Below are positions 38,301 to 53,200 of a DNA stretch of 64,000 bases, piece after piece. The notes under the pieces are model-generated. The model did no database searches and was not told the origin of the DNA. It was given only the letters and a program-made list of their open reading frames with translations. Every line of letters starts with the position of its first letter. Positions within the stretch are counted from its first letter, which is position 1. Both the position numbers and the translations under genes were made by a program. The DNA comes from Camelus ferus (lineage: Eukaryota), in NCBI RefSeq assembly GCF_009834535.1, contig NC_045697.1, positions 97,342,001 through 97,406,000 of the forward strand, in the 5' to 3' direction.

Positions 38301-41300
38301 TAGATTCTTATTTATGTTATAATCAGAAACATTCCAGTTTTTGAGCAAAAGCCAATGAGGGGACTGACACAAGGGAGTAGCATAATGTGGTACAAGAGAG
38401 ACTGACTTGAGATCAAAGGAACCCACTTCCCACTCAAGGGCTCTTTGATGTTGCATCATTGTTCATACCATCACCAGCCTTCCCAGTGGTAAGTCACTCT
38501 CCACAAATGTTTTCTTATATAGAGGACAGAATCCTAAATTTAGGAGGAAGACATAAAAGTGCACCTGGATATCCTGCTTACATTGAGTACTCAAGAGCAT
38601 ATTATTTATTTTGACAAACTTTTCTAGAGACTCTGCTTTCTGTTGTGAGGCTGAATGAAAGACACTAACATTCCTGGCAAAGAAAGAACATCATTTAAGG
38701 CAAGCAAATGTGCTTTATCTTTCTCAGCCAAAAGTATTGAATGTAACTGTCTAAATAAATAAAAACACTAAAAAACTTTCTTTAAATTTTAAGAAACATA
38801 TGTAGTCCACACATCATTAAGTCTGCACAGAATGTCTGAATTTCTAACATTAATTTAATGAAATAATAAAATAAAATTCACTTTCTCCACAGCTCCCAGT
38901 ACAAATTTTCTTAGACAAAATGACTCTGAATTTGCTTTAATGTGTTCTTCCAGTAATAGGAATATGAAAAAGCAAATCTCAACACCCACCCCCCATTTTT
39001 ATCCAGGGCAGTTTACCAAAGCATGATGAAATCATTTTAAAATAATTTTGCTGGATTGTGTTAAACTTATAGAAATCCCTGATTTGCCCCCCCCCCAAAG
39101 TAAACATATTTGAGATTTTTCAGAAATATTCAGCAACTACAAAATTTGCTGTGGTTCTTTCTGTTTTGCTAGAACTATACAGTGTTTGAAATTCAAAAGG
39201 TTTCTGCTAGCATTGGATTATGATTATTATGCAGGAGCAGATCCCAGAATAAACAGCTTGCTTGGCATTTACATATTGCTCCCACATGCTTCCATATCTG
39301 ACTTCTCAGTAAGTCAGAAGCGCAGATTTTATTATTATGAAAAGAACAGAGTTTTTTTATTTACTATAGAGTCTTGGGTCTTTACAAACAGAATAATCTA
39401 GCACCAGAGGGCTTATGTAGTCCAAAATCTGCACTGATAATAGTGATACCAACTTACAAAGCATGTAAATATTTCTAACTCTAATCTGTATTGCTGATGC
39501 AAGATCATCAGAGGTTGTCTACAATGAATTCAGAAATTCTAGCCTAACTAATTGCTTTTATAATAATCAGGGTCAACCAGCAGAACCAAAAGTGAGAACT
39601 GAAGCAGCTTTTGTTTAACCCAGACAGAGACACTGAGCCTCTCTTCTAGGGCAGGATAAAGGCGACAAATCTACCACACCTGCAGTCGCCATTGAAACTA
39701 ACCCTATTTTCCAGTATTAGAAATAGGTCCACTTTTTCCAACAAGGAATATGATACCAAGATTTCTAAAGAGTAGGTATCTACATCCTCAAAATTGAAAG
39801 TAATATACAATATAATTTCTTTCAGTTTCATACCATTTTACTGTCCTCACAGAGAGCCCTAAACTGCCCAGTGGAAAACACTGTCACAGAAACCTCAACA
39901 CCCAATATCTGAGGGTCTCTTCCAATTTCGCTTGCCTCCATTCTTATCACTCATTTTTCTAAGAATGACCATTCTGGACTCCATAGTCTTAGATATCTTA
40001 AAAAAATAAAAACACTGCCTCATCAGTAAGCAGGAACTCTAACTTGATAAAGACAGATCATTCACAGAGTATTTTGGCTAAGATGATTCAAAAGGGTTTT
40101 TACTTTTATTTAGAAATGAAAATTATCAATAACAATTCTACATCCTACCCTTTTACTCTTTTGATTTTTCTGTAGGGACAAACATGGCCATTTTTCTTCA
40201 TGTCATTAAAAGCCATGAGGCCTTGTAAATCTGCTGCAGGATAAACAGGAGTTGGGGGGGAGTGACGAGAGGAAAAGGCAGGTGTGGTTTATCAGAAGAA
40301 TCTGCATCACATACTATATACTGAACATGTAAGTCGTTAACTGCTTCGGGTGCAAATGTTTCCCTATAAAGAATCAGATGTTCCTTTTCCTTCCATTCCT
40401 CTACTCTGGTAAAAACCAGTGCCATAAAGTCACTGCAAAAGATAGCAAACAACTTTGTTATTTTAATGGGCACCTTTTTTTTTTTAACAATAGGTCTAGC
40501 AGGTGGCATGTGGCTATGGCTGGGTCTCTCTCTATCTCCAGGGTGCCAAGATGTCCCTCAAAGTTTCTGTGGGAGGAACGGGTTGGTGGGATTTGGATTG
40601 TAAAGGCACGCGAGCATCTGCTGCCGCCCTGGTCTCATTACCATTCACACAATTAACTCCTGCGGCTCTCAGCGGCCAGGACCAGGGACTCAATTTTACT
40701 GCCTCTTTGACAATGCTCATTATCATTCATCTGAACTTACGAGTTCTCAGGCTTTCAACCCAGTGGAAAGTTTTCTCAGGAAAATAGATCACACACTGGA
40801 AAGCACTAGGAATGAGAGAGAAGGAGCACAAAAATGGCTAAGGACCAAACCAGGACCTGAAAGAAACTGAGGTTCTGGAATGTGGACTTGTACTTTACTT
40901 CATAATAGCTGACCCCATCTTTCAAGACAGTATCATATTTCAAGGGCCTGTGTCTGGTCTCCTAGTATTTTCCGTTAAGGCACTATGATCAGTTAGCAGT
41001 TGTTTTTTTCAAATGTCTTCATTGATTCCAGCTCCAATTTTGTACCCTGTAGATGCTTTGGTCAAGACTAAATCTCTGTCTCCAAAAAAGGTTTTTGAGC
41101 AATTTTCAGTAGAGACTAAAATAGAGCATTTTGAAGTGCAAGGCAGAAGAGATTCATGAAAGATAAGACAAATTCAGGCAAGCTTGTGTTTCTAAAGCCT
41201 CAGTCAGTCTGATTAATCAGTGTTAAGTTGCATAGTTATCAGAAATGTTACCTGATGATTAAATCTGTCCTGTCTCTTTAACCACTTGTCTCATGATAAA

Positions 41301-44300
41301 TATTCATAAACGGCAGTTATTAACAAGTTTATCTTGGGCCAGATTGAGGTGATAATATATGACTTTTTTTCTAGATTAAATAGCATCAGTCTGTCATGTA
41401 TTGACATGTAGACTACAAAGAGGTTAAAAGAAAAAACCTCCTTCCTTCTTACTAAATAAATGATATAAAAACTACACCTTCTCTTAAGGATAAAACTTAA
41501 TTTTGAAAAAGAAGCATTTAAAACAATCTGGCTCAAATGGAATAAAGCTTCTTTGTTTGAAACAACAAAAGAATGATTAGGCTGTTAAAAGCTGGGAAAG
41601 CTGTGTTATGGTGGTGAAAGCTATGAAGTTTTATTTGTACTTTTATGAAAAAATTAGGTTGTGAAAGAGAAAGCTTACAAAACTAGTTTTCTGCAATAAG
41701 TAAAACTACTGCTGTGACTATAGTTGAGGAAAAATTACAATATTTGTGATATCACTATTGAAAAATTTTGCAATTATTGGGCTTTATATTTTTTTACAAA
41801 TGGGAAAGTCTCATTGATCCTGATTATATTGCTTTTCCTTTGAATTCCATAAGTCAAAACATAATTTTATTCATATATATATATTTTTTAATTTGGAATT
41901 AAGAACAGATGTTTTGCTTAAGATTATAAATTTATATTATAAATTTAAATTACCTAATTTTATATGCCATTCTATACTGCCCTCCAAAATGCACATTTTT
42001 ACAAATAAAACCCTGGAGAAAGAAAATAAAATAAATCTTTGGGATGTGATATAATTCAAACTCACCATCATGTGAATGGAGAAAAAAAACTTTAGATATT
42101 TAAATACTTACTGTTTATAATAATTCATGTTTGGGAGATGGGTAATATGTGGTGGAATTACAGCAAATGCGTTGCCCCCAGGCTGCTTAGACAAAATAAA
42201 TGTATCTGAGTTCAATATAGCTTATCTTGATATAAGTGATAACACTCCATTAAGAAACTTTATGCACCTAGAATTTCTTGACAGCCTAGAATAAAATGCT
42301 TGAAGTTATTTCCATATGCTAGAGGTCTAATATAAACATCTCTGGTATATGCATGCCCATATAGGTTCTCACAGTAAGGCTGTAGAGCCAAATCCTGACT
42401 GCTCTTTAATTTGCAGAAGTGTGGTTGCAGATTGTTTTAAAAGTTGCATCCATGGGAATGACATTTATGTTACTTATTTCTTGAATTCTGGTACCCATGT
42501 GAAATGCTGTTTGGTTTCCAACCTTTGTATCTTTCCTCTTTCTCATCCCAGTCCACTTGAACCCTACCCCTTGCACCCCCAGAGCTATGCTCCAGAATAT
42601 CAGGAAACAATCTTGTCCTGAGTCAAGAAGGGTATGTGAACGTTGGTGCTCACCAGTAACTGATGCTTCATTGAGTCTGCCCCACACCTGATACCTGGCT
42701 CTGATTAGACTTTTTCCTCATACCTGATGTATCATTCTCACCTACTGTCCTAACTGTAATAGTTGACCTTCAGACCCTCCTTGGTTTTACTAGTTTTATC
42801 CTCCTGCCATTCCAAGTCCAAGTTACTCAATCCTGCTCCAAACATTTTTGACTGTTGCCCTTTTATCAGTTGGTGAAATTCTGTGATACTGACATTCCTT
42901 TGGGAATCTCCCCTGGAATCTCACTGTTTGAACCACCTACCCATGAGAGTACTGATGATTCATGTTGTGCTGCCAAGTGCTCACGGATTGATAGTTTGTG
43001 GTTTACTGCCAGACCCTCTGGTGTTCTGCCCGCTACTTTGGATCTTCATTCACCTCTCTGGATGAGTCGCCTAGCATTTGTTCTGCTCCATGTAAGAGGT
43101 TTTGTTTACAGATTCTCTCCCCTCATGCCCTGTTCTAGCACATGTTTAACCCACCCTTGCTTGTCATGCTTGCCTATGTCTATAACATAAATAAGATTTT
43201 AGCAATATTTCTGCTTATTACCTCATTGTAGAAAACGTGAACTTTGTGGAAACTGAGCACATGTCAACTAGTACTTAAATTCTGTTTAAAGTCTTGCACA
43301 AGTCTACAGTATGGAATATTGTTAAAAATAACAGAACACCAGCATATATGTTTTAATAGAATTAGATCTTCAAAAGCAACAAATTGCATCTTACCTTTGT
43401 GAATCATGTTAGTGATGTTTCAGTTATCATTTTTTATTGTAACTGAAATAATACAAACCTATAAGCCAGGATGTGTCAATTAAGTCAACTTCAGTAGTTG
43501 CTTAAATCATTATTATGCTAAAGGAAATAAGAATCAAGTATAATCATTATAGCAAACATATTTGCTATACTTTCTCTAAGGATTCTAAAGTGGGTGTATG
43601 TGTATACATATATACTTTCATTATTTACTTACGTTGATTAATGACTATTAAAGGAAGTAAGACTCAGCCACATGCTAAAATATAATTAAAATAGTAGAGT
43701 GCATATTCTCTCCAGAGTTATAAATATGACAACATCCAAATGTTTACTAAAATGTTTTTTAAAAAGCATATGCTCCCAGGCACATGAGTTAAATCCCTGA
43801 GCAGCTACAATGCATAATGAAGCAGCTGGTCTACCTCTTAGAAATTAAAAAAATGTATTAATTTTAATATTTTCATTATGGGAATTGAAAGTAACCCGAA
43901 TTTGCGACCTCTAGCACACATACAGTTATGAACAAATGTTATCGTATTCTGCATATGTGAAAAAAATCACTTTCCTTATAAAAAATAAAATCTTACCATT
44001 CACGTAGGGAAAAAAAAAATCTATGTATGTCACTAACAAAATTGATGCACTGAATTTAGTTTTAGATGGAATATCTGCATTATACTCATGTTACTAATCA
44101 ATGTTAAAATGTCATATTCACATTTTGCCTTTGAGTGCCCTTTGAAACCCATCGTGTTATTAAGATATTTTTGACTGTTTTGCCCTTACAAATGTCCCCT
44201 TAAATCATGGGATAAGGCTGTTAAGCAAATGTAAAATAAGTCAACCATGAATTGTATGGCATATGGGCAATTTCCATTAAGGAAGTTTGTATGTGGGTAG

Positions 44301-44649
44301 AAGTAAAACTCTATAAAATGGAATATAAGCATCTAAACAGATTTGGAGGATAACTATTATGAATGCTACACTAGTCAGATTCCTTGGGTAAGCTGAATAT
44401 TATTTCTAGCGTTTTATTCTGTATCTTGAACAGGTAGTTTAAATATTAGGCACTTAACTCTTTTTCAAAAAAAATCACAATATAGAGACATTTTATATTT
44501 TACCTTGGCTATTTTCAATTATAAATATAGATTAGTTAATGAGGTTTTTGATGAATGATTGTTTTACAGACTGATAACGTTGATTTGCAAAACTTTTTCT
44601 GCTCAGGGTCATAACAATCTCCCTTTTTAGCCAAAGGCTTACTTACTAA

Positions 44650-44862
44650 GTAGTGATTCTCAACTGTGAAGGTATGAGCCTTAGAGAAAAGCATTTCTTT
44701 GTTTCCTCTTGGTTGGACACTGGAATCACTTGAAGAGCTTTACAAACTACCGTTGGCTGGGTCTGACCTCTAGAGATTCTGACTTAATTGATCTGTCTTC
44801 CTAGGTAGTTTGAAAAATTCCTCAGGTGATTATAATATGCAGTCAAGGTTTAGAATCAGTTC
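44650..44862. mobile_element. MER5-family DNA transposon relic
   Basis: 'gtgattctcaact...gaatcacttgaagagcttt...agagattctgacttaattg...caggtgattataatatgcagtcaaggtttagaatca'. Confidence 0.7.
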
Positions 44863-46329
44863 ACTCAACTCTTTCTAAAACCAAGCAATTTGTGAAGAAG
44901 ATTATGTCCACATTATGCATGAAATATTGAAACAAGCAAACTGACTTCTGATTTGATACTAAAATTGATGTTATGTATATCTTTTTTTTTCAGATTTGAG
45001 TACAGGCATGGAAGAGGAGCATAAAGAACACGGGTCACAGGGAGGAAATAGGAGGTGGACAGGCAGGAGCATCTGTGGAGAACAGGAAGGGAGAGTGAGC
45101 AGGTGAGTGATGGAGGGAGATGAGGACATGGTGAGTAAAAGCACTTCTGTCAGACTTTCTTTCTTACAGTCCTTTCTCTTCTAATGGATCATGTGCAAGT
45201 ACACATTATGTATAAATGATTATATGTTGGAAGGAGGAAAAAAAAACCAGCATTAAACAATAGCTATTTGCTGCTCCATTAAAAAAAAAAAAAAAGACAT
45301 TAAATTGAAAACCAGCCTGCCTTTGGTGTGATTCTTTAGAAATAATGAGTTTCCTCTTGACCAGTGAGAAGCCAGGACTCATCCATTCATATATTAATGT
45401 CACATATCTCTATGCAGCCATTCCACCCAGGAAAATCAGATCCTTGATTCTGGCTTAAAAATCACCTTCACTCTCTGAAAAATGAGCTGTCAATTCAGCG
45501 GCAATCCTGAAGAGAAATGGTGATAGATGTGTTCCAATATATATGTTACGCTTTAAATAATTTACAGTGTTGTGAGGGGGAACCAATAAGAACTCTATGA
45601 GGCAAATTGGGAAGCCATGTGGTCCTATCAAATATGAACTTAAGTGCAGTAGTTTTCAGAGGGAACTGGATTAGGGTGTGCTTGTAAGGGAAATGGGGTG
45701 TCTAGGCTAGGCCAGGTGAACAGGGATGGCAGATGGTAGAGTTTTAAAGAGTTAAGAACTTTCTTTTTTCCCATCACTATGGGGGAGTGCCTGGAAAACG
45801 ATTTAGTACCTTAAACATGTGCCAAGTTACTTGAGTAATGTGAAATTGATGCCCCACTCTATAGCTGAAGTACTGAAATGATTAAACATTAATTTTTCTC
45901 TTAAATGGTGTATTATGGAGGACAATTGACTAAAAAGGGCAAGGAGCAAGTGTTTAAAAAAATTTAAAAATAGATGAACACAATGAAAGCAGAGGTATAA
46001 TATCAGAGAATTAGAGGGAAGAGTCTGACTGGGGAAGATTTCTGATGGACTCCATGCCCACGGTGGTCTGGTTATCATGGGCTTTGCCACTAATCTGAGA
46101 TTTGACCTTCAGCCAAATGGAATGTGATGAGACATTACCCTCTTTCTGTCCTAATTTCTTTCACCAGTATGTATTACAGTTATTTGGCTAGATTGATCAA
46201 TCAGTCAATTGGTCAGTCAATTAAAATTATTTTCTTAGCACTTCATTTTCTGATCAATATTCATCTTTCCTTTTAAAATAATTACCTACCTTAAAATGAT
46301 TATTATAACATCAAATCACTGATGGCAGT

Positions 46330-47860
46330 ACTACAAAATAAATTATTTGGACAAAGCTATTTACTACAGCACTATTTATAATCATAAAACAGATAAAAAT
46401 AAAAAAAGATTTAAACTGGAAATAACTCAAATACCTATTAATAGTGTACCTATCATTTACATAAAATATGAAAATAATTCATACTGTGTAAGACTATGTA
46501 GCTGGCTGGGTACCCATTCTATGGAGAGACCAGCAGGACATGGAGAAAATTATGTAGACCATGTTGCAGGTTACCTAAAAAGTTTGGTTATCTATCCAAA
46601 TGTGTATGAAAGTACTTGTTTATATTGCGAAACATCAAAAACTTATCAATGGAGGAGGGAGGGAGTAGGGTGTTTCTGAGAAAGTAAATTTCTTTGCATA
46701 TATCCTACTTACATATTGAACTTCGAAATAATGAAAATAATTATGAAACAAGTACATTTTAAAAATAACATGAAATGAACATACATGTTATTTTTTTAAA
46801 ATATATACTCATTCATAGGTATATTTCCTATATCTTGCAAATGAGAAGACCTAGAATCAATGACCAATAAGAATGATTTGCTTTTGTGCCCAAAGTGTGG
46901 TCTCTCAGTACCATTTTTCATTGAAAGGACCTATGGTTCTTTGGAGAAATAGTTGCTTACAGGTCTGAGACAGGAAATGTGTAAGACGGGCCCGGATCAT
47001 TTTGTCATAACAGAAAGGAAAAATACTGGCAAAGCCTAGATGGTTAATGTCTTTAAGACTCAGGAGCAAACTTGAAACTGTCAGCCAATATGGAATCATT
47101 TTTGCAGCATTAAGGATAATAACTGCAGTATATTAAAATGCATCAAAATTGTTTAAATCCATGAGTTCATAATGATAGTTTAAAACCTTTTTATTGGTCA
47201 CCTCTTAAAAATGCTAAAGAACTAAATATATTGTAAATAGAGGGAAAGAACTGTGATTTATTCTGCCTTTTCTAAATAATCTCTACTTCTAGTTAACCAG
47301 AGTTGATACAGGGACGTTCCTTCTTTTAGGAACTCTTCTATCAGATAAAAGAAGAGGGATGTTAAAATCAGAATATAACCATTTTTCAATCTGTAATGAA
47401 ATAGAGGATCTAGGCAATGATTATCAATGACTAATAATATCACAAAAGGACAACCAGAAACATTAGGTGCCTCCTGATGGAAACATACACCACCACTTAG
47501 AAAGCAGACTTTTCAAAATCACTTAAAAAAATCTGATCAATTCTCTAGATTAATAAATTACAGGAAATACAGGGAAAGAAACTCATGCTAGAGACACTAC
47601 TGGGATGCATTCAGCAAACCCTGAAACTCTATGTAAAAATAACCTAGATCTTCAACAATTTCAGAAAAATTAAAGAGATGAAATGGTAAATTCTACATTA
47701 AAAGATATTTTAGTTAATCATAAAATATGTCCCTTCTTTTTGTTCAGATTTTAAAGAAACAAAGTAAATTTGAAAAATAGAACAATTGGGAAAGTTTTAT
47801 AGTATTAAAGAATTATTTTTTAACATGTGACCATGGTATTGTGGTTATGTTTGATTAAAG
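46330..47860 (+). mobile_element. Ancient L1ME-like 3' region, degenerate
   Basis: A-rich, with 'aaactggaaataactcaaatacctattaatag' and a terminal 'atggtattgtggttatgtt'. Confidence 0.55.
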
Positions 47861-48539
47861 AACCCCCATGAAAAAAAAATCAATTCAGTAAAAACTTTCA
47901 CTTCAACCCTTATAGTTTTTGTAAGAAGCCCCCTAAAAGATAATTTATACAAAAATAACTAAATGTATGGTAATAACTTTAAATTTAAAAATACCTACTT
48001 GCACAATTAATAGCATCAAAAATCACTGTCTTATTTCAGATGTCACTTAAGCCGGTAGATTATTGTTGTTGTTTTAATCAATAAATCGATATGACAGTAT
48101 CCAGTGCCAGTAATTCAGAAATAGTTCCAAGCAGTGTGGCTTTCTGGCAACTGTCCTTCCTGAATCTGACATACGAGTCTAAAAGTACTAGGAATTTATA
48201 ATCTCTTATTGATTTATATACTAACAAGTAATCTCCAGGCTGTTGATTCTCATATTCATGTTTTGGTAGGTAGAAATACAAACATTTAATATTGTGTAAT
48301 TAATACTTAGGAAATAGATCCCAGAGTAACTGAAATACAAGAGAGTGAAATGGTAAATGTTAGCTGAAGCACATTTATTGTCAGTTCAGCTCCTTCTCTG
48401 TTTTTCATTTAATCACCCAAGTTCATGAGCTTATAAGACATCCATTTATATTTTTCCAGACATTTATATTTTTATAAGTGCCTAAATAAGTATGTTTATA
48501 CATGTTGATATATGCATATGTGTAAATGATTCTTTGGAA

Positions 48540-48541
<2 letters not shown>

Positions 48542-48577
<36 letters not shown>

Positions 48578-48598
48578 AGAGAAAGAGAGAGAGACAGA
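48542..48598. repeat. (TG)n followed by (GA)n-like microsatellite
   Basis: Seen directly in the sequence. Confidence 0.95.
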
Positions 48599-48604
48599 CA
48601 TCTC

Positions 48605-48850
48605 ACAGTGATAAAGAGCACAAACTAAGGGGTTAGATTTTCCTGGATTTGATTCTCAGTTCTGGATCTAGCAATTACCAGTCTAGCCGACTCGGCCAAA
48701 TTACTGATACTCACTGATTCTCAATTATCTCATCTTAAAATAGGGATAATAAAATCCCAACTTCATAGTCTTGCTCTGAGTAGTAAGAGATAATGAATTT
48801 GTAGACATAAGCACTGTTTCCTGGCACTTCCTCCGTACTGAGCAAGTGAT
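48605..48850 (+). mobile_element. MIR SINE relic
   Basis: 'cctggattttgattctcagttct...ctcaattatctcatcttaaaatagggataataa...gcactgtttcctggcac'. Confidence 0.7.
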
Positions 48851-49719
48851 ACTGCAGGTAAACTAGGATGAATTATTTCCATTGATATTTTAAAAATAAA
48901 TTACTAGAGAATGCAATGTAGAAGGCGACTGAGAATGCATGGAAGAGAGGTTAAATTTTGAGGAGAATCTTCTTAATATTGCTCCTTGTTTTACTTAGGT
49001 TATCTTTAACAAGCCTGAAAAATTCTATCCCAAAGCACTAATGCTGTAAAGAAGAGTCTAGAAGTCTGTGAACACCTCCCCCAACACCAGAAGTAGCGTG
49101 CATAATGATCAGACTTGCCGTTCGGGTTTGTCATAAGCCAGGACCCTCAGATTAGTACTCATTCAAATATTTTCATAGGAAAGTGCATGTTATACAGCAA
49201 AGAATCTCTAAGAACACTGAGGGGTCAGTGTCTGGTCCCACAGCTTACATGTCATCAGATAAGATTTCTGGAACTGTAGAAGTTCTACTTACAAATGATC
49301 TCAAGATATTTTAAAATGGTATCAGCATTACTGTTATTATTTAATTTTCCCTCAACAAATTTGATTGATTACAATACAAATTCCAAACTTTATTTTAAGC
49401 AATCTCTGCAAATCTCAAATCTTTCCTTAAAAAAACGTGTATATTAGACTAAAGCAGTGTTTCAGAAACTTTAGTCATTTATGTAACACCTATATAGTTT
49501 TTACCATATCGGAGTACCACCTGTGTTATTACTTAAAAAACTGTATTTTCTTCAAACTGACTCAATATTTTCACTTAAACATTTGAAAAATGAAAAATTT
49601 ATATTATTATTATAAATAGTGATAGAAGAAACCAAATGGAAAACCAAATTTCCATTTATTAAAAAGATATGTAAACCTAATGAAAACAATACATTACTTT
49701 AAAATTTTAAAAATCTGAT

Positions 49720-50220
49720 TACATCAGCATTCCTTTGTCATGGACTTGCATAGTTATAAGACCTTGGTTTGTAACTTAGTTACCTCTCTAGCTTCTTCTC
49801 TCATTATGCCACTCCTCACTCTCTTTTGCAGGAAAAAGTCATTAATTTCCACGTACTTTTCGTGATTCCTCATCACAAGGCCTTTGCATTTATCATGACT
49901 TCTACTGGGATATTATTTCCTCTTCTTTATGTCTAGTTAATGATTATATATTCTTTACAGCTTAATTGAGCATTGCTTTTTCAAAGAAGTCTTTTCTGAC
50001 CTCTGTGATCAGGTCAAATTGCCCTATTATAAGTTTTCCTAATTAGCTCTTGTGATTTTCCATTCACTTTTGTGACTATTTGACTGATTTCTCTTCTATT
50101 AGTGTCTAACCTTCAAGGGGGCAGTGATTACAAATGGTTATGCATATTTTGTCTCTAGCAACTAATATCATGCCCAGCTCATGATAAATGCTGAAAATAT
50201 TTTAAGTAAATGAATGAAAG
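49720..50220 (+). mobile_element. LINE-2 3' fragment
   Basis: 'ggcctttgcattt...aagtcttttctgacc', ending 'aaatattt..agtaaatgaatgaa' (L2 tail). Confidence 0.7.
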
Positions 50221-53200
50221 AATAATGAAGTAAGAAGTAAATGAAAGGATTTTCACCATATTTTTAAAAACATAAGAAAGCAAATTTCTGTATATTTTTA
50301 GGATAACCACCCCCTTTACTACTCTTACTCGGCATTTTTCTCACTCCTAACCATGTTGGATTTGGATTTGATAACCAGCCAAGTGACAATTAAGTACGGC
50401 TTTTGAAATATTGCTAGTTTTCCAGAGAAAGGCCGTGTTTGCTTTCTCACGCGAGTGAGGGATTGTCAAGGTGATTTTGTTGTTCAAAATTTTGATTTTC
50501 AGAATTCTCGAGTCTATCAAATTGTCCGCGGCAGTGCCAGGCAACACTGGTGCACCATTATTTTCAGATTAGGTCTCTGTTTTGACGTAATATATCTGTG
50601 TAGGTTGTACGTTCAACAAACAGATCACATAATTATTGAAATAAAAATGGAAATTCCTTCATGGATTGTCTAAAATCATATCATATACTTCCATAATCAT
50701 GAATACCAGACTGGTTTATGAATACCAGTTTCAAAGTCATATCACTTCACATTTATGAAGATTCTATGGTGTACAAGGCATTTTCACATATGTTATGTGT
50801 TTTGATCCTCTCATAAAGAGTAGGGCAGAGCAGGTATCTACATCCCATTTAATGAATGTGAAGCCTCAGTGAAATGGCCAAAATCTTATTGATGTTTTGT
50901 GGTAGTTGTCTGGTTCCAAGAATCATACTACCTTTGAGTTAGAAGGGACTGGCTACTAAGGTAGAGTAGATGTTAATGAAAGTCAAGAAACTTTGAAGTT
51001 AGTATTGGGAGTAGCTCCACAGAGACATAAAATTGGGTATAGTAATGAAAGGAGTTTGGTTAAGATAGAATCAAAGGCAGAATGTACCAAAGATTTCAGT
51101 GAATGATGGGGAGGGATTGAAGTATTTATAGATAGAAACTAGAAAGTGAGACAATAAGATAACAACTTACCATATAATCAGATGAAGTAAACCTGAAAGA
51201 ACAATTCAGTGATTCCAAGAGAATATCAAGATTATCTCCTGATCAGATGTACATGAGTCACAGAAAAATTAGGGTTCTAGACTCCAGGAATCTATAAAAG
51301 AATCAACAGTTTTAAGAGAGAAGCTAGTAGTGGTTATGGAAAGGAAGTTCAGGGATCATCCTATGAAATATCTGAGGCCATTTCCCTGTGAGATGGGAGG
51401 GGACTACAACAAAGAAAGTGGAAGAGAAAACACCTTCGGGCAGTCGGAAAGCACGGAAGAAGTGAAAGAGCTCCTGGCAGAGGAGGACGCCTGCATATAA
51501 AGTGATGAGGTGGAGAAAGAGCTGGTCTGGGAGACGTGCACTGTGGGGAGAAGAGGACGATTACTGACTCAGTAGGAGTCCGTAGCTTTTGTAGAATACT
51601 CTTCAAATCTATAGAGAAAGAAAAGCTGAGAGATAACACATAAAGAAATACACAATTGGAAAGAAGACCTTTTGTGTCACTATGGCCATGAAAGTGACTA
51701 ACGGGTGAGAACTTCTGTACTATTTTCTTTGCATTTTCACATCTGCTGAGATTCTGAAAGAAAATCAACAAAACCAAACTATGGCATGTTCAGTCTTGTA
51801 TTTACATTCTGAATTCAAGGAATGAAAAAAAAAAGTTGCTAAATGTTACATTTCCATGAATTGTTATTATGTTCTTCCATAAATGACATTAGAAGATAGG
51901 AAAAAGTAATGGAATTCGATGAACTATGCTTTCCCATACTGTTGTCTAAAGGAGGACAGGGGAAAAAAAAGAAAAGGAATTTCTGAATGAAGACAGAAAC
52001 AACTTGAGAGCTTGGTAAACAAGGATTGCTCCGATTAGATGCTCCTAATTTTACTCCTTTCCTCTCTTCATCAGGGAATGCATGGAAAGTGGATGGTTTG
52101 AAATAAACGAGGAACTCGGTTTGATTTCTGTCAATCGTGTGCCTTACTCTGTATGAGGCTTGCACTAGTTTTTTGGAGACACAAAATAAACAAGGCTTCA
52201 TAGACATTGACTACAGTAGGTGAGATGTGATGTACTTAAGAGAGCAGTAAACACAAGTGTTGAATAGGGCCTTGCTGGGACATGAAGCTGTAGGAGAACA
52301 GGGGTTTAATTCTCAGGGATGTCACAGACTAATGGATGAGACCATCTGTAAACTGGACCCCAAGCATTGTGTAAAATTTGTACAGGTGGAGACGGAGCAA
52401 AAGAAAATGCTCAGAAGCCCAGGAATATTAAGATGGAGGGCAAGTTCCAGGAAAGGTGCCTTTTTGGGGGGATAAAAATGACCATTTAGACCAAAAAGAA
52501 AATAGGGAAAGTCTTAAACACTTCTAAAGGCGCTGTTCAAAGGCATTTGTATTACATTGGTTACAAACTCCTTTGCTGATCCAGTGAAAGCTTTTGCTTC
52601 TCCTGCACACATGCACTTCAGCAACAGACTGTTTCAGGGTTTCACAGAGGGCCTTTAACCATCTATAAGTTCTGAATGTAGGGAATGGGATTTAAAGGAA
52701 AACACAGAAGTCAGATGATAAAGTGCAAGCCATTTCTTTGTTCCGTGTGAATTTCATCACTACCCAACTAGAATTCTAGATACAACACAGACTTAAAATC
52801 CTGATGATACTTTTTAAATTTGGAAGGATTAAAGCCCTTCTCTGAAGAAGGCTACACAAATCCAGGGGTAGATGCCTTCAAGAAGTAAACATCACGTCTC
52901 TGAGCAAATATGCCTGATTGTGTGTATGCAGGTATAGCCCCCTGAGAAGTGGACAGCATAAATTGAAAAGAGTATAATCTATTTTGAAAGCCAAGGAAAA
53001 TGACTGGGTTTTGTTCCCCCCATGTTATTTGCATGGACAGATTTTTATCATACAGACATTTCTTGAATTAGAAAACAGCTTTCCCAGATTTTACCCTTTG
53101 AAAATGACAATACCTAATCTCTTTGCTTTCATGAGCCAGCCCTGCATTGCCAAACATCTCAGAAGGGGAATCATAAACTATTTTTCACAGATCTTCCATA

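Noticed and set aside
51361..52207. 138- and 122-aa minus-strand ORFs
   Set aside because: Composition typical of random non-coding translation; no homology recognised.
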